The position numbers were made by a program, and so were the translations under genes. A stretch of DNA of 64,000 bases, taken from the NCBI GenBank assembly GCA_003427395.1, contig BFEA01000017.1, positions 2,390,569-2,454,568 of the forward strand, given 5' to 3'. Below, in pieces: positions 1-12,300 of the stretch. Numbering within the stretch: position 1 is the first letter of the stretch; each line of letters opens with the position of its first letter. Source of the DNA: Chara braunii (taxonomy: Eukaryota; Plantae; Charophyceae). Below the pieces are notes generated by a model. The model ran no database searches, was not told where the DNA came from, and saw nothing but the letters and a program-made list of their open reading frames with translations.

Positions 1-77
1 ATGGCATTCGGATACCGCTCCCCCATTTTTCCTTTCTCTCTCTTCTTTTCCTTCAGATCGAGAGGTGCCCCACCTGA

Positions 78-211
78 GGGCATAGGGCATACTCACACGA
101 GGACTATATGTCCCCAAAGCTCTGGACGTGATTGCAGCCAGATCCATCCTGGTATCGCCGTTGTTGCAGTCAGGTGCATTCTGAAAAGTGCTACCGTGTG
201 TGAGTACGCCC
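78..211. mobile_element. PIF/Harbinger-type (Tourist-like) MITE, short copy
   Basis: Left end GGGCATA-GGGCATACTCACAC, right end GTGTGAGTACGCCC; 3-bp TSD TGA at 75-77 and 212-214. Confidence 0.65.
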
Positions 212-737
212 TGAGAAGGTTTAGGAAAAGCTGCCTGTCTGGTCCCCGTTGCCCTCGATACTGGTAGGGTGGTGGTCCTGACTCCTGAGTGCTGGTCACA
301 CTGGGCCTCGCTGCACTACTCTTGAAATCAGCATTTTCATGAGGGCCGCACAGCTGCACCTACTCGTGAACAATGCCACAGTTTCATGCGTCAAGAGCTG
401 TCAGATGCAACTCTTCGTTGCTGCACGACTCTTGCTGCTTCACTCTTGAAAACGCATTTCACGAGCTGTCAGGGAGTTGTCAGGCGAGCTGTCAGGGAGT
501 CGCCAGGCGAAGTCGACTAGAGCGCTCTTGTTCGCCTGCCTGCAACTTCCGTTTTTGCAAGGGAAATCGGACGGTTTCTCGAAAGGCCGCCGGATTCCAA
601 GAGCGAGCGGGGTCTGGACGGACAACACACGCCGTGGCTGTAGTTTAGTGCTTCTAGAGCACTCATGAAGGGCTTCTGTTCACACTACGTGGTGGGATGG
701 CGCCACGGGCATGTAGTGCAGCGAGGCCCATTGATGA

Positions 738-1125
738 GGGCATACTCACACTGCGACCCCAGTCGGGAAAATATGCCGATTTGGGAACGACCAATTTGAG
801 GCTTCGGGCATCGTTCGGGTAGCACTGCTGGACCTTTTCGGATGGGACAAGGCCATGGCCGAGTGGAGAAATGAGAAATGAGAAATGGAGATTCGGGACT
901 TTGTTGGTCACACGGTGCAATCCACAAATTGTGCAAGAACCTTTGTCAACGAAAAATGCTTCAAAATAAGTAGGGCAAATTCCCTTGCCCTGCGGCTACC
1001 CAGGCCGCTGACAGATGGGCACAGGAATAATACATTTAGGCATTAAGAAAAATCTGTGTGCCCGGCCCTCTACCCTTTTTGGGGGGGGGGAGTTTGGGAT
1101 TATAGGTCCCAGTGTGAGCATGCCC
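738..1125. mobile_element. PIF/Harbinger-type MITE
   Basis: 16-bp TIR GGGCATACTCACACTG / CAGTGTGAGCATGCCC; TSD TGA at 735-737 and 1126-1128. Further left ends of this family at about 7961, 45122 and 48481. Confidence 0.75.
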
Positions 1126-1645
1126 TGAGGTAGGATAATTGGGATACGGGGTGCGCTGGGAGAATTAACGTGGGGAAGGGTAGGGAAGGTGGCCTACCTA
1201 CACTGTCAGGACAACCATATCTGCGGCTGCCAGCTAGTCCTTGGCATCTACACGCTATGTATGTAATACAGTGTTTCGCATATACAGCCAACTGGCCCCT
1301 TTTTTCCTATTATCCTAAACCTTCTCAAGCCGGGCACTGCCCACAACATGTTTTATGTTTGAAAAAAGAAATTTAAACTATTGGAAGGAAAAGGGAGGAA
1401 GGGTTGGAAGGTAACCTCTTAATTGTCAGGATAACCAATGGCTGACTGATGACTGCAACCATCGTATGTCTGGAATCCCGCCTCCACAACAACCTGGTGC
1501 CTGCTGTTGTCAGCACCCCTAGCACTCGCTGGGGTTGTTCACCAAAAAGCAAAACATATGGCTGGCAGACTCTTTCAATAGGGTTGGCTCTCTTTGCTGA
1601 CCCTTCTTCAAATAAAAAAGGTCTAGCTGTGGTTCCCGGTATAAA

Positions 1646-1975
1646 TTGGTCAGTGGAGGCAGCCTTTGAGCTGCAGGGTATTTGGTTACAGACCCCCAGG
1701 CGGACAGCCTGTAAGCTAAGCTGGATGATGCATCCAGTATCTTTCTGGGACGTAACGTACAGAGGAACCCGGGGCCAAGTCCCACTTGCCCAGATCCTTC
1801 ATTTCCGGCCTTGGTCAGTGGAGGCAGCCTTTGAGCTGCGGGGTCCTTGGTTACAGACCCTCAGGCGGACAGCCTGCAAGCTAAGCTGGATGATGCATCC
1901 AGTATCTCTCCGGGACGTAACATACAGAGGAACCCGGGGCCAAGTCCCACTTGCCCAGATCCTTCATTTCCAGCC
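1646..1975 (+). repeat. Tandem duplication, 2 x 165 bp
   Basis: TTGGTCAGTGGAGGCAGCC...CTTCATTTCC starts at 1646 and 1811; explains the internal repeat in ORF 1449-2012. Confidence 0.9.
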
Positions 1976-2293
1976 ATTCCGGCAAAAGTGGGACTTGGCC
2001 CCCGGCCTCTGAATTGCCAAAGCTAATGGAATTTGAATCTGAGAAAAAAAAAGGAAAAAAAAAAAGGGGAACCTGCATCTGGACCCCACTTAAAAAAAAA
2101 GGGAATACCCAGTCCCAGCGCCAACTTGCATCTATACCCGGGGTGGTAGTACCCAACTTTTCCCCTGTGCGCAATTGTAGGTGTATCCATTCCCGATGGC
2201 CCTCTGTTCAAGACCATGAAATTATGCTCATGCCCAGACGCCCGGCAGGCAAAATTGTTTGTTTACCCTCACCCGGCTCTGAATTCTAGTTCG

Positions 2294-2390
2294 AAATGCA
2301 CGTCGGCCCAGACCCCCATGCCATTCAAAATGCACGTCGGCCCAGACCCCCATGCCATTCGGAATGCACGTCGGCCCAGACCCCCATGCA
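2294..2390 (+). repeat. Minisatellite, 3 x about 34 bp
   Basis: AATGCACGTCGGCCCAGACCCCCATGCCATTC repeated three times. Confidence 0.85.
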
Positions 2391-2822
2391 ATTGACGGCT
2401 GCGCTTCTCACCTTACACCCCGTTCATCCCCCCAGGCAACGAGATAAACTTCTTTCTCTCCATCTTCCCCATTCTCCTTCTCCTCTTCCCCTTTCCCTCT
2501 CCTCTTCTTCTTCTTGCCCTCCTAATCTCCTGTCGCCCGTCAGAGGTAAGAAGGAACTAACAACTGCTACAACTTTACTGGATGGATCTGGCCAGTAAGA
2601 TGTCCTCATTCCACCGTTACTCCATTAACTCCACACACTGGCACACAGAGTCCACAGTCCAGGAGAAACGGATTCCCATTTCCCCTCCCTCCCCCCCCCT
2701 TTCCAGGTCTTTTAAAAGTTCCCTGCTTGGTTAAACTTGCAGATGACACACCAACCATCTCTGCTTGGTTAAACTTGCAGATGACACACCAACCTTTCAT
2801 TCCCTGTGTAGATGAGGTTTAA

Positions 2823-2965
2823 ACCACCAGTACTTGGGCACTGCGCGCCGCCCCGGCCGCCTAAATCTCGAAGCAGTGCAGACTGTGGATTCCATTTATC
2901 GACGACCGGCCGGCTGCGGAAATCGCGTAGCGTTAACGCTAAGGCGTCGCCCAAGTACTGGTGGT
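2823..2965. mobile_element. TTAA-targeting MITE, 143 bp
   Basis: TIR ACCACCAGTACTTGGGC / GCCCAAGTACTGGTGGT; TTAA at 2819-2822 and 2966-2969. Confidence 0.75.
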
Positions 2966-3169
2966 TTAAGCAGCAATAGCTGACGAGATGTCATCAGCTA
3001 TATCTGCACAGAGAATGAACGGTCGATGTATCAGTTATTTATGGAACCCTTCCACCTCCCTTCTCCCTCTCCTCCTTGTCTACTTTGGTCTTTTCTTTTG
3101 TTGTTGTATTTTTCTGATCTCTTCTTGGCTTGAAAAAGGAGGAGAAAAAAAAAAAAAAAAAAAAAAAGG

Positions 3170-3970
3170 AGGAGAGGGAGGAGGGAGCCGAGGAGAAAAA
3201 GTTGATGAGCTGTGGGACAGAAAGCAGGGATGGGGAAGGATTTAAACTGAAGGTTCTTTTGCCCCCTCCCTCCTTCCTCTTCTCCCTTCTCCTCCTCCTC
3301 GTCTGGTAGTTCGTTATTTTCGTTGTCGTTGTTGTCCGACCTCAACTTCCTTCTCCCTCTCCTCCTGGTCTTCTTTCATCAAATTTTTCCATTGCATTTT
3401 TTTTTTTTTATCCCCCCGAATTTCCCTGCAGGGTGGAGGGCAGGGAGCTTGACATAGGAGAGGTCCTGGAGATGGAGGAGGGAGGCGAGGAGCAAAATAT
3501 GATGAGGAGAGAAAGGACGGATAGGCAAAGGTTTCAAACTGAAGATGCATTGCCCCCTCCCTCCTTCCTCTTCCCCTCCTCATACCTCGTTACTTTTGTT
3601 GCTTTTGTTGTTGGATCTCAACTCCCTCCTCCCTCCTCCCTCTCATCCTCTTCTTTCTTCACTTTTCGTCGTTGCATTTCTTAGGCGGAGGGCAGGGGTC
3701 TTCAAACTTCAAAGAGGACAGGAGATGGAGGAGGGAGAAGCGGAGCTAAAGTTGATGAGGAGGAGGATAGAAAGGAGGGATGGGAAAGAGTTTGAACTGA
3801 GGTTCTTTGCCCCCCTGTCCCTCCTTCCTCTTCTCCTCCTCACAGTTCCTTGTTTTTGTCATGGTTGTTGTCTGATCTGGACTACCTCTTCCCTCTCCTT
3901 CTCCTCTTCTTTTGGCATTTTTCACTGTTGGATTCTTTTGATCTCTTGTCCGAGAAGGGCGGGGACAGGG
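3170..3970. repeat. Three degenerate units of about 290 bp, each with a purine-rich half and a pyrimidine-rich half
   Basis: Motif GGATGGGAAAG..TTT(A/C/G)AACTGA(A)G.TTCTTTGCCCCC recurs near 3230, 3520 and 3780, each between GA-rich and CT-rich arms. Confidence 0.55.
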
Positions 3971-4277
3971 GGTGACCTTTGACTGCTCCTTCCATAGTTT
4001 TGTTCTCTGCTTGGAGGAATAAAAACGTATTCTTGCTTGCCTTAGTGAGTAGGCTTGTCCATTACTGTAGATTCAGGATTGTCTGCTTGCCCTTGGCAGA
4101 GTGAGGAAGAGAGATGTGTGTTAGGCAATGAATAGATAGAGGCTGGTCCTTTGAAGTCCTTTGTTTGGGGTAAACAATGGAGGGGAGAAGAGGGGGGGTG
4201 GGGGGGGGGAGTTACCCGGAACTTGACGTATAGCGGAGTCAGGGTTGCAGTATTAACATGGGTTTCAAACACCAAAA

Positions 4278-4843
<566 letters not shown>

Positions 4844-5668
4844 TTCAAGGTTTCAATTGCAATTAGAAATTGTTGTTGAGACAGCCCCTTAGATGCCACT
4901 TTTTCCTTACAGGCGTCCTACACCCTAGGATGAGACTCACACCACCCTTTGAAGCCCTAGTGGGAGGGGATAGATGGTTGGTGTTAGGCAGGACGTATGT
5001 TTTTGGTTTTTTGTCCTTTGCTTTTTTGCTTGCATGGGATATACAGCGGCTGCCTGAGCCTGCCTCTGCAGCAAATAAAACGTGTATTTTTTTATTTTTT
5101 TTTAACAAATCTTTCCTTCTTTTAAATAGGGCACAGTGCCCAAGGCAACATACAACAAATGAAACAAGTTCCAGATTCAGGGGCCGCTAGGTCTCCAATC
5201 CTTCTCTGTGAGGTGGAGCCCCTCCCCTGTAGCCAAAAGCAAAGAAGCAATAGGAAATACAAAGTTCCCGGTTTTAACTACAAATGATAGAAATCTAAAG
5301 TAGTTCCCACAAAAATTATACCGCTAAAAATTAAGACACCTACAAGACAACTGTGAAAAGACAAAGAGAATGGAGGTTCAACACCTACTATACCACAATT
5401 CAGGAGCAAGAGAAATATATTGCCTGCAATGTTATCACTAGAACAAAAGAAACTATCTGTCCTACAAACATTATTACAGTAAAAGTCGCCAAAAAGATCA
5501 CCACGAATGGATCTCCACAGAGAAAGAGCGAGTAATGATCTGCTGTTGAGTCCCATTATGATTCATTCTTATTATGCTGATGTCGGCAAGAAGGGTCCAA
5601 ACCGGAATTCTCCAGTGCACGTATCAATAACAACAACAACAAAAAAAAAAAAAAAAAAAAAAAAAACC

Positions 5669-5752
5669 ATCACCTTTCTTGGCCTTTCGGAGAAGATAAA
5701 GTGCAGTATCCGTTCAGATCAGTATAGCATCCTGATACGTGGTCCATCGGAC
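5669..5752 (+). pseudogene. U2: 5' fragment (pseudogene) of U2 spliceosomal snRNA, plant-type
   Basis: ATCACCTTTCTTGGCCTTTCGGAGAAGATAAAGTGCAGTATCCGTTCAGATCAGTATAGCATCCTGATACGTGGTCCATCGGAC aligns with plant U2 AUACCUUUCUCGGCCUUUUGGCUAAGAUCAAGUGUAGUAUCUGUUCUUAUCAG...CUGAUAUGUGGGCCAUCGG. The branch-point pairing motif GUAGUA is mutated to GCAGTA, and the Sm site and 3' half are absent. Confidence 0.75.
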
Positions 5753-6259
5753 GATGGGGAAAAGAAAGAAAACCCTACCATTGCTACCAACAAGAGTGAC
5801 GCTGTAAAAAAAAAAAAAAAAAAAAAAAGACTGACGCTGTCAAGAACCGATGGCCCCCTGGTATGAGACAGAAATAGCGCAGTGCGAACGTATCTGGCCA
5901 GAGGGACGGTCAGGGCCCAGGGGAGAGTCAGTCAGAATCTGAACGGACTAGTCGAGTCTATTGCCAACAGTCTCAACAGAGGCAGCCAACTCGCCTGATC
6001 TCCCGAAATAGAAACGCACGGAAAAGGGGCGCACAGTCGAGAATCACTCAACAAATCCGAAACCTGCGAGTGTATCGTCCTCTCGAACCTGCACTGATGC
6101 CCTGGCCATTTTCACATTTGGCGTGTGCTGTAGGAAGTCAAAACAAAAATGGATGTGTAGATCTTGGGGGGGGGGGGGGGGGGNNNNNNNNNNNNNNNNN
6201 NNNNNNNNNNNNNNNNNNNNNNNNNNNNNNNNNNNNNNNNNNNNNNNNNNNNNNNNNNN

Positions 6260-6329
<70 letters not shown>

Positions 6330-6334
6330 AGAGC

Positions 6335-6627
6335 AATAGAATGACTGTGTCTCTGCAGAAGCACTGCATGCCGACACTACTAAAAAAAAGGGCGGGAGAG
6401 AGAGAGAGAGAGAGGAGAGCGCAATAGATTCACTGCATGCCGACACTACTAAAAAAGAAGGGAGAGAAAGAGAGAGGGAATATATTGACTGTGTCTCTGC
6501 AGAAGCACTGCATGCCGACACCACAAAAAAAGAAAGAGAGAGAGTGAGGGAGAGAGAGAGAGAGAGAGAGCGCAATACATTGACTGTGTCTCTGCAGAAG
6601 CACTGCATGCCGACACTACTAAAAAAG

Positions 6628-6710
<83 letters not shown>
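6335..6710 (+). repeat. Composite minisatellite (GACTGTGTCTCTGCAGAAGCACTGCATGCCGACACTACTAAAAAA + (GA)n), about 4 units
   Basis: Unit recurs at about 6343, 6431 (partial), 6487 and 6583. Confidence 0.8.
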
Positions 6711-6711
<1 letters not shown>

Positions 6712-9566
6712 GGGGTTAGCAGAAAGAGACGATGAAGAAATGAAATAAGCGGTTGACCCCCCCAGAATAGATCGGGCAGGAGTTGTTTTTGAGTCCATAC
6801 AAGAAACGAAATTTAAGGAGAAAGAAAGAATTTCAACGAGGAAACAAGCCAAGTCAATGAAGAACCGGGAAAAACGAATAGAAGGGAACTTGTAGGAAGT
6901 TAGACCGTCAGTGCGCAGAGATGAACCACGAAGAAATGAACGACTGACTGACGTAAGGGAGGAATTTCAATTATCATTGCATTATGATTCATGAATGGGT
7001 GAAAACTGTGAGATCGTTTAAGTTAATGATTTACAGGAGAGCTGAGAGACTGAGTGGAATTCAGTGAACCAGTTCATTCATACCGAAAGAAATTCTGAAT
7101 CAATGAAAGGAGGAGTGAGTGAATGAAATTCAATGCATGGATTTCACAATGAAATAAATGACAGGAGGAAGGGGATGAGTGAAGCTACTACCGGTAGCAG
7201 TCCCCCCCCCGGACATGGGCCCCCTGATCATTATGAATGTATGTAAAAGGGGTAAACTTTTTTGCCCAATACACTGCAGCAGCCATGATGAGGTTGCACT
7301 GTAATCAACGGGGGGGAATGACTGAATATGACCGAATAAGGTAATTCAGCTCGCATGAGGAACACCAAGAATGGATGATTCCACAGTCACTCGGGAAGGA
7401 CTACTAATAGCAAAGTCAGTATTCACAGAGAGTGACAGAGTACAGACATAGCACATTCAATTTAATTGTGGTTAAAAAAAAGATTGGTGAAAAGATGAGG
7501 CTGACCAAGCAATGGGGTATCTTTTCTTCTCCAGTGGAGGAGCTGCAGGAGCATTTGCCCTTCCCGCATCGGCCTCTCATTGTAAAAATCTGCACTGAAA
7601 TACGGCTAGAAGCGATCACAAGAATTCGGTAGAACTTGCTGATTGTTCAGAAGACTTTCCAAATTTCAGCAGTTGTTCATGAAGATCCCTGTTATTCTCA
7701 GCCCAAGCTGCGTAACTGGCCCGGTACCTGAAATTGTTCTCTACGTTTTCATAAGGGACGCGCTGAAACAAAAAATGTCCCTGTGCCAGTTTGGTTCTCT
7801 ATTCTTATCATCCATTTGTTTGGCAAATGGAATCAATCCGTTGTCATAAGTTAGGTGGTGCACATGCATTTATAATTTATTTACGGGATTACAACCAGCC
7901 TGGTCCAGCCAATACCTCCACCTGTTCTCTTTCCAAAATTGGTAAGGAAAGGTGCATGGAGGGCATACTCACACTACAGTCTTCCCCCGAATACAACGTA
8001 TGGTCATAATAGCTGAATCTGGGATATCTTTCAGTCTGGATGCGGCTATAATGACCATACAACAACAATTTCGTCAAAACGGACATTTTTTATTTTTTGA
8101 ACGAAATTGAAAGTGACATTTTTCCGAACTTTTTCTCTTTTCAAGCAATTTAACTATCGCATTATGTATGATACCATGCATTGAATTTACCGGGAAATAT
8201 AGTGAAACGGACTCGACATTCGCTTGAAATCTATGTTTTTGCGAGGGGCTATTGTTTTTCAAGTGCATGCACGTTCAAATTTGATGAAATTTTATGTTCT
8301 TTTTTTAAATTTATTTAACAGATTTCGATAGTACCAATACTATATTGTCGAAATTCGTGGGAGTAGGTGTAAAAAAAGCACCGGTCATTTACTATTCTCT
8401 TGCTCGTGGCAAGTTGTGATAATGTATTATCAAAACAACATAATTTTGGTCATACAATCTGATGCCCAATGCGGAAAGGTATCTCAATTTACTTTTTTTT
8501 TTAATGTCGGCCCTTTTCATACATGTAAATGCACATCGTTTTTTTTGTACCCTCTTGCATTTCATGTGAAATGATGAATCCGGGTCATATTTCTACGAGT
8601 GTGTTACAATAAATACATCATATATAAGTATGCAACTTAAAATTGTTTCATGTTGCCATACAATGCGCCATGTCTTTCAACATCGGTTTGCGTCCACCAC
8701 TTAACATTACCTTGTTCTCCCATTCTCCATAGATCCTATTGACTGCATTAATGATGAAAATCCACGTGGTCGCATCGTGTGAGCCCACTAACATGCACCT
8801 CGGGATAAGTGGAACAAGCATACTTTGAAACTCAATTGTGAAAGTTGACCATCCTTCAAGTCTTTTTTCCTCTCGCTTCAATGTTATTGTTGCTGTTTTA
8901 TGTCTACTCTTCATTGCTAATTTCATTATGTATGATATTAATCCATATAGAATTGGACACTAAAGAAAAAGCTCGAGTCGAGTGAAGAGTGATATAGATA
9001 ATGAAATTAATAAGAAATTAAATTCATTTATTGAATCTAGGGTACTTGCAACGTTGTTTCATGACATTCTGCATAATCCTGCCCTTGTCCCATTTGTTCC
9101 TTTCTTCCATAAATACGCATGTCATATACGTCTATATCTGTAAATCTTACGACAACTACAAACAACCTGCATCCACGAAGTTCACATCTCACTATTGACT
9201 CGTATTCGTATGGAAGTGCTCCGCCGGTTGTGGTAATTGTTGCCCCTGCTGGCACTGCAATGGGAATGATGCTCGCCATTGTTTTTTAAGGTACACCCTA
9301 GTTTGTTTTTTTCCTGTAATAATGTCGGGCACTATAACCATGCAAGACTGATGAAATTGTGTCATTCAAAATCAATAATCCAACATTTTTAAATATGATT
9401 TAAAGTTTAAACAAACAAATGATAATTTATATTATTTTTATAACAAAATAAAAATCGAAAACATAAAAAACAACTATGTGTGATGCACTCACTCATACAT
9501 GCTAACATTGAGCATGGAAAAAAAAATGAGAACCGGTTTTCAAAATTCATATTGCATAACACGTAG

Positions 9567-9605
<39 letters not shown>

Positions 9606-11229
9606 TCAAAGTATGAATACTTTGAACCAAAAAAACGTTATTGTGGTCAGAACAAAGTGTTGTGCCGACGATCGTTGTCTCCTTCTTTTTAAACTAACAT
9701 TGGACTAATTTCACACTTTAGAATTCAAGAGTTTTTAAACTCTTAAATCATAAAACTTCATTCACAAAACAATATGTCTTTTGACACATTAAACGGCGAT
9801 CGCTGACATCTCAGCTCCAACCAGTATAAAATATCACTACTTCCTTTCTCTTGCACGTGTGTACTCTGAGTAAGCACTTGATGAACCCATGTCATCGATA
9901 AACCACATCGATTGTTGAATATATATGATTTCGATATCTCATGTGCTATTCTAACTTACACTCTTCATTCTATGCATTGAATATAAGTGCTCCAAAATTT
10001 CTTGCGGGCTTCCAGTCTTTAGAGTATGAACAATCTACAACTATCTTTTGTCTACCACCCACTAACCACACTTCTTTTTGTCCCAACCGATGATACTGCT
10101 TAGTACGGATCACTTCGTTCGTGTCAAAGTTTATGTGTTCGACTGTGAATACTATTTCCTCACATTTATGACAAAGATAGTGAAGTTGAACATGCACCAA
10201 GTTATCAACCCCGTATAATAACTTTTTTCTAACCGTCGCATCGATTTCTAACCGATTATGAAATTGTTCGAGTTCGCTCGAACCTGCGGGGTCCCAGGAT
10301 TCTTCTCTGGCACTGAACAATGCATTAATTTTCGTGTCAGTGACCTTCACTATTGTAAAGAGTGTTACTACGGTTTGCCTCTATCGTATGCTCGAATTCG
10401 ACCATAGCAGTCCATCATCAACGGTGCGAGGAATTCTCTACTGCAAATGAAATATCACGCGCACACTTTTTTTTTTTTTTTTTTTAATCTTTTGCGTCTC
10501 AATCCTGTTTCACTGTATGTTCAATTGACAGAAAATGAACGTCGTCAAACGTCGTTGAACCCATTGAATCGGCCCCGGGACCCCCGTTGAATCCCTTTAA
10601 ATGAAAAACACGGGGGTGTCCTATTGAATTATGAAAAATGGAATTGGCGGGTTGGGCCTCAGACACGTGGCCCTACGCGCCCCATCACTCAAACTGGAAA
10701 AAAAATAAAAATTTTGAACCCCCTCCCAAATACCCCCTAAGGCCCCACTCGTTGGCCTTTAATGATGTCCCTCACCCTCACGACCCCCAAAAGACCCCCA
10801 CAAGCGGCGTGACCCCCCTACACATGCTGACAAAAATGGACATAAACGTCGTGCAACATTCGTAACTGAAATCAATTCAAATCATATATGGAAAATGTGA
10901 TGGACATGAAAAGTCGAGAAGTACCATTCACTGAAATCACACAATGTCATGAAAAATGTAGCATGGTACAATGTATCCTACCAGTGCGAAATACTAACTT
11001 ATAAAAAAACAGTACTCTACAAGTCGCGTCGACGGTGCCGAAATACTCTAATGTGACTAACGCTTTTGCACAAACGTCCTACTCATACAAGAATCGGACA
11101 CACAAAAAATGAAGAAAACAACTACAATTGTAGCACACACGCTTCCAGTGACTACCTCACAATACTGAGATAAGACAACAAGGCAAAAAAAACAGGAGCA
11201 CAAAATCCGGCGAAGTCGCGTGCAGTGAT

Positions 11230-12300
11230 GGCCTCATGGTTATTGACCCCTCTTCCCCTTCGCGCTTGGCCTCCTCGTACCCCCTCGAGTGTCGGATGGC
11301 GACCTTCCCTTCCCTCATGCGGATGAAGACGTCTGCACAGCGGAGCGTCTCGAAACACGCGTCGGTGGGGGAGGTGAGGGCTCATCGTCGTTGTCGTTGT
11401 CGTCACCGTCGTCGCAGCTCTCGTTCTCCTCCTCCTTACTATCGTACTCGTCATCCTTCTGCACTGCCGGTGCCGTCTCAGGATCATCCTCCTCGATGGT
11501 AACAGGGCCGCCTCCCTTCCTAAGGCTTCCTCAACCGAGCAACCCTCGTACTAGCAAGTGCAACCGTCTCCTGACAGTGGGATCCACGAGGCATCCCCAA
11601 CCCTTCCGCCCCCAAGGACTCTCCAAGTGTAGTTCGTTTCTCTGCAGGCACGGGCCGTGGACAAGGCACTCCACGCTTGCGTGGATTCTGCTCATGACCA
11701 ATCTCAAAGTGTAGTCCAAGGTAGAGGTGGACACTCCTCCGCTGCAACATCAATGAGGCTTACCACCTGCTGCTGCAACCTCCCTCGTTGCAGTCGTCCT
11801 GGAGGCGCGGTTACCCAAACTCCGTTGAAGGTGTGCAGTGAGCTCAGTGACACGGTGGGTGAAATCCAAATCTATCTTCGTCCTCCCGAACAACGTTGTG
11901 TTGCACACATCCCGCCAAACTGTTGTCGTGTCACGGATCCTCGATCTTGTGGGCGTGTGTGAGGATGGAGAGCCTCGGCTTGTGGGCGATGGCGATGGAT
12001 CACCCTCACGTGGTCTAGGAGGAGGGGGCGGCATGCCTCCCGTACTTTACGCTCTCTCTTGCAGGCCCCCCGAAACCCGTGGAACATCTTTCCTGCTACG
12101 TCCTACGCTGGAGGTAGACCCGAACCACACCGACGACATAGCGCCCCATGGAACCGAAGGGATCATCTGCCAATGAGGATGTTTGAGTTTTGGGTTAAAT
12201 ATTTGTCGGTTCAGTGCAGTCACATCGTGCAGAGCGGCTGCTGCTAACTCCTCTGCATCCAATGGACAATCGACCTCCTTCAGAGTCAATTGGGCTCCCA
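11230..12300 (-). pseudogene. Decayed GC-rich coding-like segment of unknown function, probably transposon cargo
   Basis: Successive minus-strand ORF fragments, then an acidic/Pro/Arg-rich tail, broken by stops and frameshifts; no recognisable domain. Confidence 0.25.

Noticed and set aside
1449-2012. 187-aa ORF with internal repeat
   Set aside because: Produced by a 165-bp tandem duplication; no recognisable domain.
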